NCBI GenBank assembly: GCA_964016885.1 | Contig: OZ024740.1 | Span: forward strand, 401,078,001-401,142,000 | Source of the DNA: Eledone cirrhosa | Taxonomy: Eukaryota | Direction of reading: 5' to 3' | DNA length: 64,000 nucleotides | Notes under the pieces: model-generated | Told to the model about the DNA's origin: nothing | Databases searched by the model: none | The model's input: only the letters and a program-made list of their open reading frames with translations | Shown: positions 1 to 13,051 of the stretch, piece after piece | How the letters are laid out: every line of letters starts with the position of its first letter | Numbering within the stretch: the first letter of the stretch is position 1 | Translations under genes and position numbers: made by a program

Positions 1-1304
<1,304 letters not shown>

Positions 1305-1351
1305 AATGTCTGTATGTGGCCTTCTCTCTCTATCTCTCTGTATATATATAT

Positions 1352-1406
1352 AGGAACCAGTAAGACCCCGACAGCTGAGCTCAAGCCGTTTCGACGGCTA
1401 ATTCTG
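1352..1406 (-). mobile_element. PLE-derived family B fragment (3' half of a hammerhead) inserted in (TA)n
   Basis: Minus strand reads GTC-GAAAC-GGC-TTGAGCTCA-GCT-GTC-GGGGTC; similar to 35149-35297, 37955-38133, 40351-40510 and 62957-63120. Confidence 0.7.
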
Positions 1407-1939
1407 TATATATATATATATATATATATCCCCCTCCCTCTCCTTCCCCCTATCTCTCTGTATATGTTTGTGTGCGTCTGTGTATTTATGAGCATATGTT
1501 TTTATGTGTATAAAACCGTGAAAATAAAATAAGAGTAAATACATACTGCATGAAATAAGGAAATAAGTATCAGAATATAACAATATAAAGAATTCTTTAT
1601 TACTGTGAAGATTTCGGTGGTTGAGTTGTTGCTTTTAATTTTCCGGAACACTAATATATCATTTGCTTCACAGCAGTCGAAAAGAACATTTAAATACAAT
1701 GTATTGGTTTATGTATATACTAAATTTCTCTATTTCTTTCTTTAATGTTTGAAATATATCTCCTGAAGCTGTATTAATTTCTCAAGAGTTTTCTTAAATG
1801 CTTTCTGTACTTCAAAATTTTAACAAAAAATATCAAGAAAGGAATGGTAAACCGCATGTTTATAAAGTTTGTGTATGTCATTGTAAATGTTATTGAAATC
1901 AATCAAAAGTGATCCTGTCAACACCACGTCTCAGTATGA

Positions 1940-1985
<46 letters not shown>

Positions 1986-2035
1986 TCTTCGTTTTTCTGC
2001 TTTTTGTTCTTTGTGTAATTTTTAAAATATATGTG

Positions 2036-2077
<42 letters not shown>

Positions 2078-2080
2078 ATA

Positions 2081-2279
2081 TAGTAATAATAATAAATGTG
2101 AAGACTAAAATCCGAAGATGGCACGATAAGCATAATATATATCAAAATATATAAAACCATAGACCAAATATTAATGTCATGCGCATAGTGATTTGGTTTT
2201 CATATATATGTTTCAGAAGATCCCGTCGAGGGTGAAAGCAGCGATTCTTTGCTTAAGCTTTAATTTGTTATTTTAATAA
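2081..2279 (+). mobile_element. PLE-derived family A element (inverted 3' piece plus HHR piece)
   Basis: 2081-2172 is a diverged reverse complement of about 48295-48387; 2210-2279 matches 48227-48296. Confidence 0.75.
2210..2258 (+). ncRNA. Type I hammerhead-like motif, CAGAAGA core variant
   Basis: GTTT-CAGAAGA-T-CCC(gtcga)GGG-T-GAA-AGCA(gcgattctt)TGCT-T-AAGC. Confidence 0.65.
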
Positions 2280-2357
2280 CATGCCCCAGCATGGCCTCAG
2301 CCGGATGGCTGGAACAGGTAAAATGGTGAAAAAGTATATATATATATATATATATAT

Positions 2358-2509
2358 GAATGAAAATTAAGAATGCTTTTCTGAATCCGAATGGAACGAA
2401 ACGAAGGGAGCTACAATTAAGTACTCAATACAATATAGATATGACTTCTACAAGACGATTTAAAATGAACGATACACTTGTAGGCCTGTAGAAGTAATTT
2501 AAGTAAGAC
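2358..2509 (-). mobile_element. Short PLE-type terminal fragment with mini fold-back and GTATTGAGTAC motif
   Basis: ACTTCTACA/TGTAGAAGT inverted repeat; GTACTCAATAC at 2421-2431; resembles the 36263-36460 family; flanked by microsatellites. Confidence 0.5.
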
Positions 2510-2588
2510 ATATACATACATACATACATACATACATACATACATACATACATACATACATACATACATACATACATACATGTATATA

Positions 2589-2670
<82 letters not shown>

Positions 2671-2672
2671 TA

Positions 2673-3124
2673 TAGTAGTGAAAGAGTAAAGAATAACATG
2701 GTCGGCTATACAAAAAGGGTTTTATTTACAGTATTTGCAATTGTTTCATTGATCAGGTGAGTATAAAGGCCGCTAATCACTCGAAGTTGCGTCACACGAC
2801 TTTAAATACAGTATTCGGATGATTTGATCAGAGACACACACTGTATTTAAGGTCGAGTGACGCAACTTCGAGTGATTAGCGGCCTTTATACTCACCTGAT
2901 CAATGAAACAATTGTTAATACTGTAAATAAAATCCTTTTTGTATAGCCGACAATGTTATTCTTCACTCTTTCACTATTATTACTCTAAGAATAACCTGCA
3001 TGAGAATTCTCGCAAACTCGCTACCTAACTAAGGAAACCTCTTGTTGAGTCAAACAACGCCGTATGTTAAAACTATCCATAGAACAGAGTACTCTAACTG
3101 GATTACCTAAAACGATAACTTGTT

Positions 3125-3130
<6 letters not shown>
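2673..3130 (+). mobile_element. Fold-back element with ~140 bp arms (2673-2812 / 2840-2980) and a unique tail, inserted in (TA)n
   Basis: Arms are reverse complements with scattered mismatches; HHR-like motif and GAGTAC (3087) on the + strand. Confidence 0.85.
2807..2925 (+). ncRNA. Hammerhead-like motif with long stem II, CGGATGA core
   Basis: TACAGTATT-CGGATGA-T-TTGATCAG...CTGATCAA-T-GAA-ACAATTGT-T-AATACTGTA (9 bp stem I, 8 bp basal stem II). Confidence 0.65.
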
Positions 3131-3211
<81 letters not shown>

Positions 3212-3750
3212 ATGTATGTGTATGTGTGTGTGTGTATAAATGGAGTGTTAGAGGAGCAGGAGTAGTTTAATAAAATATATATAAATAAAAACAAAACGAC
3301 TACGCACATGACATTAATATTTCTCATATCGCCTCAAAACTCAATAAGTCTAATTATGAATGAATTAGCATCTAATGTGTTCAACTTAAAATGACATTAG
3401 ATATTGAAAGCATCAGTTTGCGACAGAAAACATCAAGGCCCGATTTGCTTTCTTCTGCCCGATATTTGGGTATATATTCCCTCATATCATTCAGTGATAC
3501 AAACCAGAGTGGAATATATTAAGCACATTTATAAAAGCCATTATATTACGATTCTTAATGAACATTTTCAAACCAGAAACAGTTTAATACTTTGGATTAA
3601 TGTGTACTCGAACATGAATAAATATATACATATTACATATATATTTTAATTTTTATTACTTCATTATGGGGAAAGGTCAGTTATCCTGACGCTCCTAAGC
3701 CCCTCGAGAATATTGAAATAATTGCCAGTGATACATAGCCCCTGTACATA

Positions 3751-3783
<33 letters not shown>

Positions 3784-3823
3784 ATGAAAGGTATAGAAAG
3801 GTATATATATATATATATGTATG

Positions 3824-3888
<65 letters not shown>

Positions 3889-3914
3889 ATATATATATGT
3901 ATGTATGTATATAT

Positions 3915-3958
<44 letters not shown>

Positions 3959-4105
3959 TATTTTCCGTTGTGTTGTAATATAAATATTACACACAGTAGA
4001 TTATCAGCTCACGTAGAGTTTGCTCGACGGTTCCAGTTGTAGTTCCAAAAGTAATCCGGAGAAAAATAGAAAGATTTGAATGGATACAGTTTAGTTGAAA
4101 GGAAT

Positions 4106-4222
4106 TTATTGACACGTGTTTCTATAACAGTTACATGACCTAAAACAGCTATCTACAAACTTTTAGTTATGCAGACATTCAATATTTCAATGTTATTATT
4201 TACTGTCATTTCATCAGAATAA
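4106..4222 (-). ncRNA. Hammerhead with 88-nt branched stem II (sense copy)
   Basis: Reverse complement of 6419-6535. Confidence 0.7.
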
Positions 4223-4814
4223 TATTACTGAGGACCTATTTAGTTTTTATAGAGAATATTAGGAGGGAGGGGTGAAGTTGTTAGAAGAATAGTTGAAGGA
4301 GTGGTTTTTCGATAGCAGTGAGAATTCTTGGTGGCAGTGAGTAATTAGATTCCCATCTGTTGTTTTGACATTTTTTATAGAATATATTATTGGTTATTTT
4401 TCTAAATCTATAGAAGGATTAGAGATAGTAAAGATATGCGTGGTTGGTTTTGTGTTTGCACTTAATTAACATTCAGACTTAAATTTTTCTTTCAAGTGTA
4501 CGTATCCTTTCACCCACGCATTCATACACAAATATATTTGCACACCTCTACAAAATACATATACTCACAATTCACATATTCATACTTACATATATATACA
4601 CATGCATACACATATATATACACACATGTATTCATGTACATACATACGCGCTCATGTGTATACATTTTCATACTCAACTTATCTTTATATACACACGTAT
4701 AGACACACACATATATACATACATACTCTAGTCCATGTGTACACACATACACATACTTACACATACTTACACATCCATATACACATATATACATACACAT
4801 ATATATACATATAC

Positions 4815-4865
<51 letters not shown>

Positions 4866-5178
4866 CATACACATACATATACACATATATACATATACAC
4901 ATATATATAAGCACTTTAATACATGAATACACTTACATCTAACTATACACATCAAACATATATATATATTTACTTATTTATATACATTTTCACATATATA
5001 TACATACTTATGGACGTTTTTAGACACATTCATTATCGCATATTTGTACCTATTCTCATCAGCATATCTTTTCATTATTAGTATGGTAATTTAAGGTTAT
5101 TAATATATGTTGAGAAGAGATTGTTTTTATATTTCTCTAACTAGATTAAGGTTTATATAGTTGGGGGATGTCCCTCTT

Positions 5179-5599
5179 TTATGTAATATTCGGCTTGTAG
5201 TGGGAAAAAAGGGTTTTAGTTCTGTGACGGCAGAATAATGTTCGTTCAATTCTGTTATTCAGCAGTTTCTTCTTGTGTGTGATTATGTAATAAATCTCAA
5301 GATTACACAATTTGCAGAAATTTTGGCTCCTGGAAAAGCTTTGGGTTTTAGCTAATTTTTCCCATTTTAGGGTAAACTTTTGGTCGCTATCCCTGAGCGT
5401 CCAAGCTTTTTCTGCTAAAGTTGTTACATTTCTTTGGCTCTGGTGTTTTATTGAGTAAGAATGCCTATACAATCGAGATTTAAACGATGTTGCCGTTGAT
5501 CCCACGTAATACCACTCGTTGCCTCCGGATTTAATGGTACACTTATAAATAATATTTTTTTCCAGGCAGTTATTGCCGAGGGGGCAGTTGTCAGGATAG
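5179..5599 (-). pseudogene. C-terminal GIY-YIG endonuclease fragment of a PLE ORF
   Basis: Translates ...CPLGNNCLEKNIIYKCTI...YYVGSTATSFKSRLYRH...CKLCNLE...LLN...CRH; collinear with the C-terminus of the ORF at 32575. Confidence 0.9.
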
Positions 5600-5749
5600 G
5601 TCCATAAGTATGTATATATATGTGAAAATGTATATAAATAAGTAAATATATATATATGTTTGATGTGTATAGTTAGATGTAAGTGTATTCATGTATTAAA
5701 GTGCTTATATATATGTGTATATGTATATATGTGTATATGTATGTGTATG

Positions 5750-5836
<87 letters not shown>

Positions 5837-6418
5837 GTATATGTATATATATGTGTATGTATATATGTGTATATGGATGTGTAAGTATGTGTATGAGTGT
5901 ACACATGGACTAGAGTATGTATGTATATATGTGTGTGTCTATACGTGTGTATATAAAGATAAGTTGAGTATGAAAATGTATACACATGAGCGCGTATGTA
6001 TGTACATGAATACATGTGTGTATATATATGTGTATGCATGTGTATATATATGTAAGTATGAATATGTGAATTGTGAGTATATGTATTTTGTAGAGGTGTG
6101 CAAATATATTTGTGTGTGAATGCGTGGGTGAAAGGATACGTACACTTGAAAGAAAAATTTAAGTCTGAATGTTAATTAAGTGCAAACACAAAACCAACCA
6201 CGCATATCTTTACTATCTCTAATCCGTCTATAGATTTAGAAAAATAACCAATAATATATTCTATAAAAAATGTCAAAACAACAGATGGGAATCTAATTAC
6301 TCACTGCCACCAAGAATTCTCACTGCTATCGAAAAACCACTCCTTCAACTATTCTTCTAACAACTTCACCCCTCCCTCCTAATATTCTCTATAAAAACTA
6401 AATAGGTCCTCAGTAATA

Positions 6419-6535
6419 TTATTCTGATGAAATGACAGTAAATAATAACATTGAAATATTGAATGTCTGCATAACTAAAAGTTTGTAGATAGCTGTTTTA
6501 GGTTATGTAACTGTTATAGAAACACGTGTCAATAA
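6419..6535 (+). ncRNA. Hammerhead with 88-nt branched stem II (inverted copy)
   Basis: TTATT-CTGATGA-A-ATGACAGT...ACTGTTAT-A-GAA-ACACGTGT-C-AATAA; TATAAA at 6390. Confidence 0.7.
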
Positions 6536-6567
6536 ATTCCTTTCAACTAAACTGTATCCATTCAAAT

Positions 6568-6612
<45 letters not shown>

Positions 6613-6623
6613 TATATATATAT

Positions 6624-6716
<93 letters not shown>

Positions 6717-6801
6717 ATCAGTTCTGTCAAGTAGTGAACCAACAAACCCAAATAAATAAATATATATATATTTATATGTGTGTGTGTGTATAAATATATA
6801 T

Positions 6802-6889
<88 letters not shown>

Positions 6890-7013
6890 TTGTCCAGCAT
6901 CTCTCCAATTCGATGACTGAAGGCACATGTGTTTTTTTCTTTTTTCTCCATTTCCTTTCCGTTCCTTCCTCTTCTATATCTCTATCTTCTATTTCAACTT
7001 GTATTTCTCATTC

Positions 7014-7068
7014 TATATTCTGATGATGGACTAGTGTCTGAAACTTTATTTCAAGCGTTAGTAATATA
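7014..7068 (+). ncRNA. Degenerate hammerhead-like motif
   Basis: CTGATGA-T-GGAC(tagt)GTCT-GAAAC is clear; stems I and III are imperfect. Confidence 0.4.
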
Positions 7069-7369
7069 TATTTTCATTGTACTGTACCGTTTCTTTTATA
7101 TTTCTGTTTACGTTTTACCGGGAACCCTTTGATTAAAATGAAATATACTTATCCAAGTACCCTGGACAATGTAGTTTCAGAATATAAATGGTTATCGGGG
7201 TCTATCTCCAAAACCATAAGAGGAGTTCGTGAAGAAACAAACAAAAAAAAATAACAAAAAAAAACAAACATACAGGAATTACAACTTTATATATATGGGC
7301 GTTGTAAATTAATTAAAATGTTAAGTAAAATCAAATACCAATAACTGTATATTATTTATATTGGAAAAT

Positions 7370-7549
7370 TGTCAGTATCAGTAGAGTGTCAGATACCATG
7401 TTTTGCAGCATAGAACTATGGCCCTTTGCGTTCTGATTTCAAATCCCTCTGAGGTTACCTTTGCCTTTCATCCTTACGGGTCAATAAAATAAAGCACCAG
7501 TTATGCACTGGAGTAATCGCTGGCTTTTGCCAAATGTAGAAACAATTAT
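7370..7549 (+). mobile_element. SINE family 1, diverged copy
   Basis: Shares CTTTGCCTTTCATCCTTACGG...ATAAAATAAAG.ACCAGT...GTAGAAACAATTAT with 11512-11690. Confidence 0.75.
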
Positions 7550-7707
7550 TTATATTCTTATGTCACTTGATTATTCTTCGGAGTGTATTATTCTAACGTA
7601 TAGAATAATACACTGTCTAGTTGAAACCATTCAAAAATGTGTAAGTTCGTAAATGTGTACGAATGAAGGTGATAAACGTATGCTAAAAAAGAAGAAAGAC
7701 AGATTTG

Positions 7708-7825
7708 CGTTGCATGGTATTGCTGGCCGTAGCCAAGTCCCTAGCAGGACTAAATAGCCATGTCCCTGATGGTCATACTTGAGTATCAAGCGATGGTATT
7801 ACTCTTAATCGAGTTGCAGCCATCA
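7708..7825 (+). mobile_element. 3' part of an RTE-derived non-autonomous element with (TGTA)n tail
   Basis: Ends GCAGCCATCA+(TGTA)n like the RTE at 56036; CTGGCCGTAGCC is shared with 50096. Confidence 0.7.
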
Positions 7826-7847
7826 TGTATGCATGTATGTATGTATG

Positions 7848-7878
<31 letters not shown>

Positions 7879-7904
7879 GTATGTATGTATGTATGTATGT
7901 ATGT

Positions 7905-9070
7905 TCTTCTGGTTTTATAATTTCACAAAGTTTTACCAATAGAGAGAGAGAGAGAGTCGGTTTCTAACATAGACACAAGACTCTCTCATTGGAATTTACA
8001 CAACATCAACTAGGTAGATTATGTATGTATGTCTGCATGTGTAGATATGGATGTTATTGTATGTGTGGATGTGGATGTTTTGAGTTGTATGTGTGCATGG
8101 GTATATGCTTTGTATCTGTACATGTGTATATGCAGTTATTAGATGCAAAATTTTGGAATGTTTTACATATTTTTACTGTTCCATTAATAGATTGTACTTG
8201 TAATTTCCTAACTAGTTGTGTTCTTTCTGTTCCTGTGAAGCCCAGATTCTCAAGATTTGTATTGAGGCAGTTACTAACATATCCCAGTGCCCCAATAATC
8301 ACAGGCTTAAATCTGAAGGTGTAATCAGGGTGGAGTATCTGCAGATTTCTCATCAGTTCTGCATAAATACTCTCCTTTTCACTAATATTATATTGGCAGC
8401 TAATTTCCACTACTATGAATGTTTTCTTCTGTTCCTGGATTGCAAAAGCGTATCCTTCAAAGTGGGAGCCAATATAGCGGTTGTTGGTCCAAAATAGACT
8501 ACTTTCCTTATCTATATTACTCTCACTCTGGAGCTTCCTGCAACATATCCATGCATGATTTTTTGCTGATAGGCATGCAGTTTTTCATCCATGGATTCAC
8601 TGCGATACTGCTGAGCGACATCCCTGGGTGTGAGTTTTTGATTATCACACAGGGAATATCTCTCAAGGAGTTCCTTTCCAACTCTCATAATCTTATCTGT
8701 TTCATGCAGATATACTTGCTCGAGAAACGGGCTCCTACGCTTCGAGGTTCGTAGATGTTGTCGGAGAGATATGATGCGACATTCAAATGTTGTCTGGACT
8801 GATGTTAGGCCTCTGCCTCCCTGCTTACGTTTCAAGTAAAGGCGGTCTATGTCACTGTTGATGTGGAAGTTTCCGGTGTTGTTCAGTATTTTTCGACTGC
8901 TCGGATTTCGTCTATCGTCCAATTGAGTATTCCAAACGTTGGTGTTAGGACAGGCACAGCAAACACATTGTGAGCCACTGTTTTGTTTTGCGCAGAGATT
9001 TCCGATGACCAGATCTTTCTTAATCGGGTGTAGTATTCCCTGATTACGCGTTCTTTATTACAGATACCAT
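7905..9070 (-). mobile_element. 5'-truncated R4/Dong-like RLE non-LTR retrotransposon in a (CATA)n microsatellite
   Basis: RLYLKRKQGGRGL thumb motif and EISC...EKESIYAEL...PVIIGALG RLE C-terminus; frameshifts; zinc-knuckle region apparently deleted; (TATG)n on both sides. Confidence 0.8.
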
Positions 9071-9930
9071 TATGTATGTATGTATGTATGTATGTATGTA
9101 TGTATGTATGTATGTATGCATGTATGTATGTATGTATGTATGTATGTATGTATGTATGTATAACAGTAGAACTCAACATCGCTACCTCAGTGAATCGGGT
9201 TCGGTTGATCTGCAGAACCGTTAACTGGTGCTTGGGAGCCCATTTGCAGGCCGACTAGTGATCTCAGCAGAGAGAATGAGAAAAAATATTTGCCAGGTGT
9301 ATGGCGAAGGAGGCGCGTTGGAATAGCTATTACAAATCGTGGTGCTCGCTCATGCCAGCGGCCAACTCCACTTTTATAGTCGTGAGTAGGGAGGTGGTCC
9401 AGAGACCAAGAACGCTGAAGGTCTCTACTGTCATAGGTTCAACCATAAACCTATCGGGGTGTGACCGTTTATTCAGCAGCTTACGATCTTAGGCTTGGTG
9501 TGCTGCGAAGCCTAGGTTAATCACCAAATGTGCCGCTGAATAAGGTAGTAATGCATGTAACATCCCGGAGGCTCACCTCCACAAAACGGGATGATATTTA
9601 TGCCGTCTGCCCTTTAACCGTTCAAAAATCTGGCCACCAGAATGAAGCGATGTTCATGGAACACAAGAATTACATTAGATTTCCCATAAATTCATGCCAG
9701 CTCTATATAGTACACAAATTGCAATAAATTATAAAGAGTAGAAAGTGCATTGCTAATCATCATAGTTTGTCTAGAGACCATATCTCAAATTATCAAAAAT
9801 ATGAAAGAAAGTTTCTAGAATATGTTGTGAAGTTATCTCTCGCAGTAAATGCTCAATATTTCAATCATTTACAAACACGAAGTCCCATGTAATCATGATG
9901 TTTATAGTAAACGGGAAATGTGATTATGAG

Positions 9931-9985
<55 letters not shown>

Positions 9986-10097
9986 TAAAAGGAATTCCAA
10001 CTTTGTCTGATTTACTTGTTTTATTTACAATCCTTTAAAATTTATAATGGTATTAGAATGAAATAGTATGATAGAATATTGAATGTTAAGTGTTAAT

Positions 10098-10136
10098 TGA
10101 ACAAGTACTTTCATGCTTTCGCAATCTTCAGGTTCA
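10098..10136 (-). ncRNA. Minimal type I hammerhead (mirror copy)
   Basis: Exact reverse complement of 10225-10263. Confidence 0.8.
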
Positions 10137-10224
10137 TATTGTGTGGTGACAGTCAAGTTTGCAATTTTCAACTGTTGCAATTTTCACAGTTGAAAATTGC
10201 AAACTTGACTGTCACCACACAATG

Positions 10225-10263
10225 TGAACCTGAAGATTGCGAAAGCATGAAAGTACTTGTTCA
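10225..10263 (+). ncRNA. Minimal type I hammerhead
   Basis: TGAAC-CTGAAGA-T-TGC(GAAA)GCA-T-GAA-AGTACT-T-GTTCA; palindromic stem III. Confidence 0.8.
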
Positions 10264-10439
10264 ATTAACACTTAACATTCAATATCCTACCATACTATTT
10301 CATTCTAATACCATTATAAATTTTAAAGGATTGTAAATAAAACAAGTAAATCAGACAAAGTTAGAATTCCTTTTATTAATATAATCTTCTATACACAATC
10401 ATACACACCCGTGTATATATATATATATATATATATATA

Positions 10440-11279
10440 GGGTCTCTTCTTGCTTACATCTCACTCACGTCGGACGGTCTGTACCTCTTCGCTCATGAAA
10501 TCCACCCAGCTTAAGATGACCGGACAACCATGTTGCTTCTTTTTTTCCTATCTTTGGTTTGCTTTTATCTTTGTATTTTGTTTACTCGTCCCCCTCGCTT
10601 TACGCGATTTACTGGTCCCAATAACTTTTTTTAGTTATTGCTCGCACCAACCTGAGGTATATGATTTTTAATGCGATGAAATACCAATGATGGTTGGAAA
10701 AATCACTGACGAAGGACTATTTTTATCATATGTAACACATGTGCAACCACGCAGTATTCTTCTTTCTTCTCATGTTTTTTATATATATTTACCTCGGCTG
10801 CGTTTGTCTGTTTCTCTCTTACTGCTTCCCCGTTCTCTATGTTTCTCTCACCTTCTTGCGCCCCCTCTGTCAGTTACACTTTCTCTCGACTGACCGCTTC
10901 CTCGCACTTCCACTCACTCCCTCTGTTTCTCCCCTTCTCACTTCCTCCCGTTTGGCTTACATTGGGTCTCTTCTTGCTTACATCTCACACACATCGACAC
11001 GGTCTGTACCTTTCGCTCATGAAATCCACCCAGTATAAGCTGACCGGAGAACCATGTTGCTTGTTTTTTTCCTATCTTTGTTTTGCTTTTATCCTTCTAT
11101 GTTGTTTACTTGTCCCCCTCGCTTTACGCGATTTACTGGTCCCAATAACTTTTTTTAGTTATTGCTCGCACCAACCTGAGGTATCTGATTTTTAATGCGA
11201 TGAAATACCAATGATGGTTGGAAAATCACTGACGAAGGACTATTTTTATCATATGTAACCACGCAGTATTCTTCTTTCT

Positions 11280-11285
<6 letters not shown>
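10440..11285. repeat. Direct ~325 bp duplication (10440-10773 / 10964-11285) with a 190 bp spacer, bounded by (TA)n; possible partial-tandem PLE pseudo-LTR
   Basis: Two highly similar copies are visible; the PLE origin is inferred from context only. Confidence 0.75.
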
Positions 11286-11356
<71 letters not shown>

Positions 11357-11511
11357 CGATACGTTATGTCCTTGAGCAAGACACTTTATTTCACGTTGTT
11401 CCTTCTACCTGGAAAGACCAACGGAAACATTGTTCCCTCGGTCCGATTTGGCGAAAGTCGATCGTTTATATATATATATATATGCGAGTATATATATTTT
11501 CTAACATTATA

Positions 11512-11690
11512 GGGCGGTGGATTGGCAGTATCGGTAAAGGGTCGGACGCCATGCTTTCCACCATAGTTACGTCCCTTTACGATCTGAGTTCAAATCCCGC
11601 CGAGGTTGACTTTGCCTTTCATCCTTACGGAGTCGATAAAATAAAGTACCAGTAATTGCTGGCCTTGTGCCTAAAGTAGAAACAATTATA
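11512..11690 (+). mobile_element. SINE family 1 (B-box-like GAGTTCAAATC)
   Basis: At least 7 related copies in this window. Confidence 0.85.
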
Positions 11691-11928
11691 ATATTTTGCC
11701 GAATTCTCAGACATTTAAGCGCAAAGCAACTTCTTTTAAAGGGCTTTTCCCCTATTTTATAGCATATATGCTCTTGAGCACATCATCCATTTTACTTATT
11801 AAATATTTTATTTTTCTCGATATGTTTTATTTCTCTCCAGAACCAAAATTGTGTGAGTGCACATTTCTGTCTGCATGCGTATATACACATATACGTGCAC
11901 GTTAGGGAGAGAGAAAGAGATAAACAGA

Positions 11929-12039
<111 letters not shown>

Positions 12040-12934
12040 GTGGTGTGTGAATGTGTATGAGATTGTGTACGTGAGTTGGTTTCTGTCAGTTTGTATCTAT
12101 GTATATCTATATTTTGTGAAATGTATTAAATATCTATCGAGCGATTTGTGAGGTTGGCGAATTTTATCACTAAATTAACATAACTTTTAAGACTCTATAT
12201 AGATACACACTCCTCTATAATTACTTAACATTCACATTATACATTTACACACACACATATATATATATCCATGCATTTGTATTTGTGTGCATTTACATAT
12301 ATTAAGATATATGTGGCTACACACACTAATGCATTAGTATATACATAAGTGTATACACATACACCAGTCTGTATTTCTCTTATCCATATATAGCACAATC
12401 GTAAGATATAATCGTTTGTAATTTCAGATTTCGGATTTGGTTGAAGCTTTTTATAAATTATCTCTACAAGTATTACGGTTTCTTGTTTGATATTTCAGTT
12501 AGGATTTACATCAGGTTTTTACTAATCTTTCCACCAATCTTGTTTTACTGTGTAAAAAAAGCGTACAGGTGTAAATCATAACTTACACCCGCTTACGTAC
12601 ATTAGTCTATGATATAAAAAGAAAGAGGTTAATATTTAAATCCTAGTAAGTCTTGGAACTCAAGATCCTTAACTATACATCATGATAACGACGACTGCTA
12701 TATTGACTATGTATATATGATGTATCCTATATAGTATAGACTAGTGTAGATTAGTTAATGTTATAAAAGCATCTTCAAAATCAACCGGTTACCAAATTTA
12801 ACATTTATATATCTGTCAAGGAGTAAATGGAATGTACTTAATAGATGTGTTATCTTCCCCTCCCTTTCACTTATCTCTCTTCTTCTATTCCCCCTCTCTC
12901 ACTCTTTATATACAATAATACTCAGACATATATA

Positions 12935-13008
<74 letters not shown>

Positions 13009-13009
13009 C

Positions 13010-13051
<42 letters not shown>

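Larger units (their letters stand above)
3956..6571 (-). mobile_element. 5'-truncated Penelope-like (Naiad-type) retroelement with ~950 bp inverted pseudo-LTR
   Basis: Near-identical inverted arms 4070-5015 / 5600-6571 around a GIY-YIG coding fragment; (TA)n on both sides. Confidence 0.9.
9981..10414 (+). mobile_element. Fold-back element with ~195 bp arms (9981-10174 / 10187-10380) in (TA)n
   Basis: Near-perfect inverted repeat with a 12-nt loop and an HHR in each arm. Confidence 0.9.

Noticed and set aside
1585-1680. HHR-like words on the minus strand (also near 90-120 and 15900-15930)
   Set aside because: Cores are incomplete or too decayed to support a call.
6424-6467. Alternative short fold CTGATGA-AATG..CATT-GAAA..GTC
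   Set aside because: Stem I cannot form; the long fold using 6519-6535 satisfies all stems.
11512-11600. tRNA gene (also 21345-21428)
   Set aside because: B-box-like motif only, no cloverleaf; part of a multi-copy SINE.
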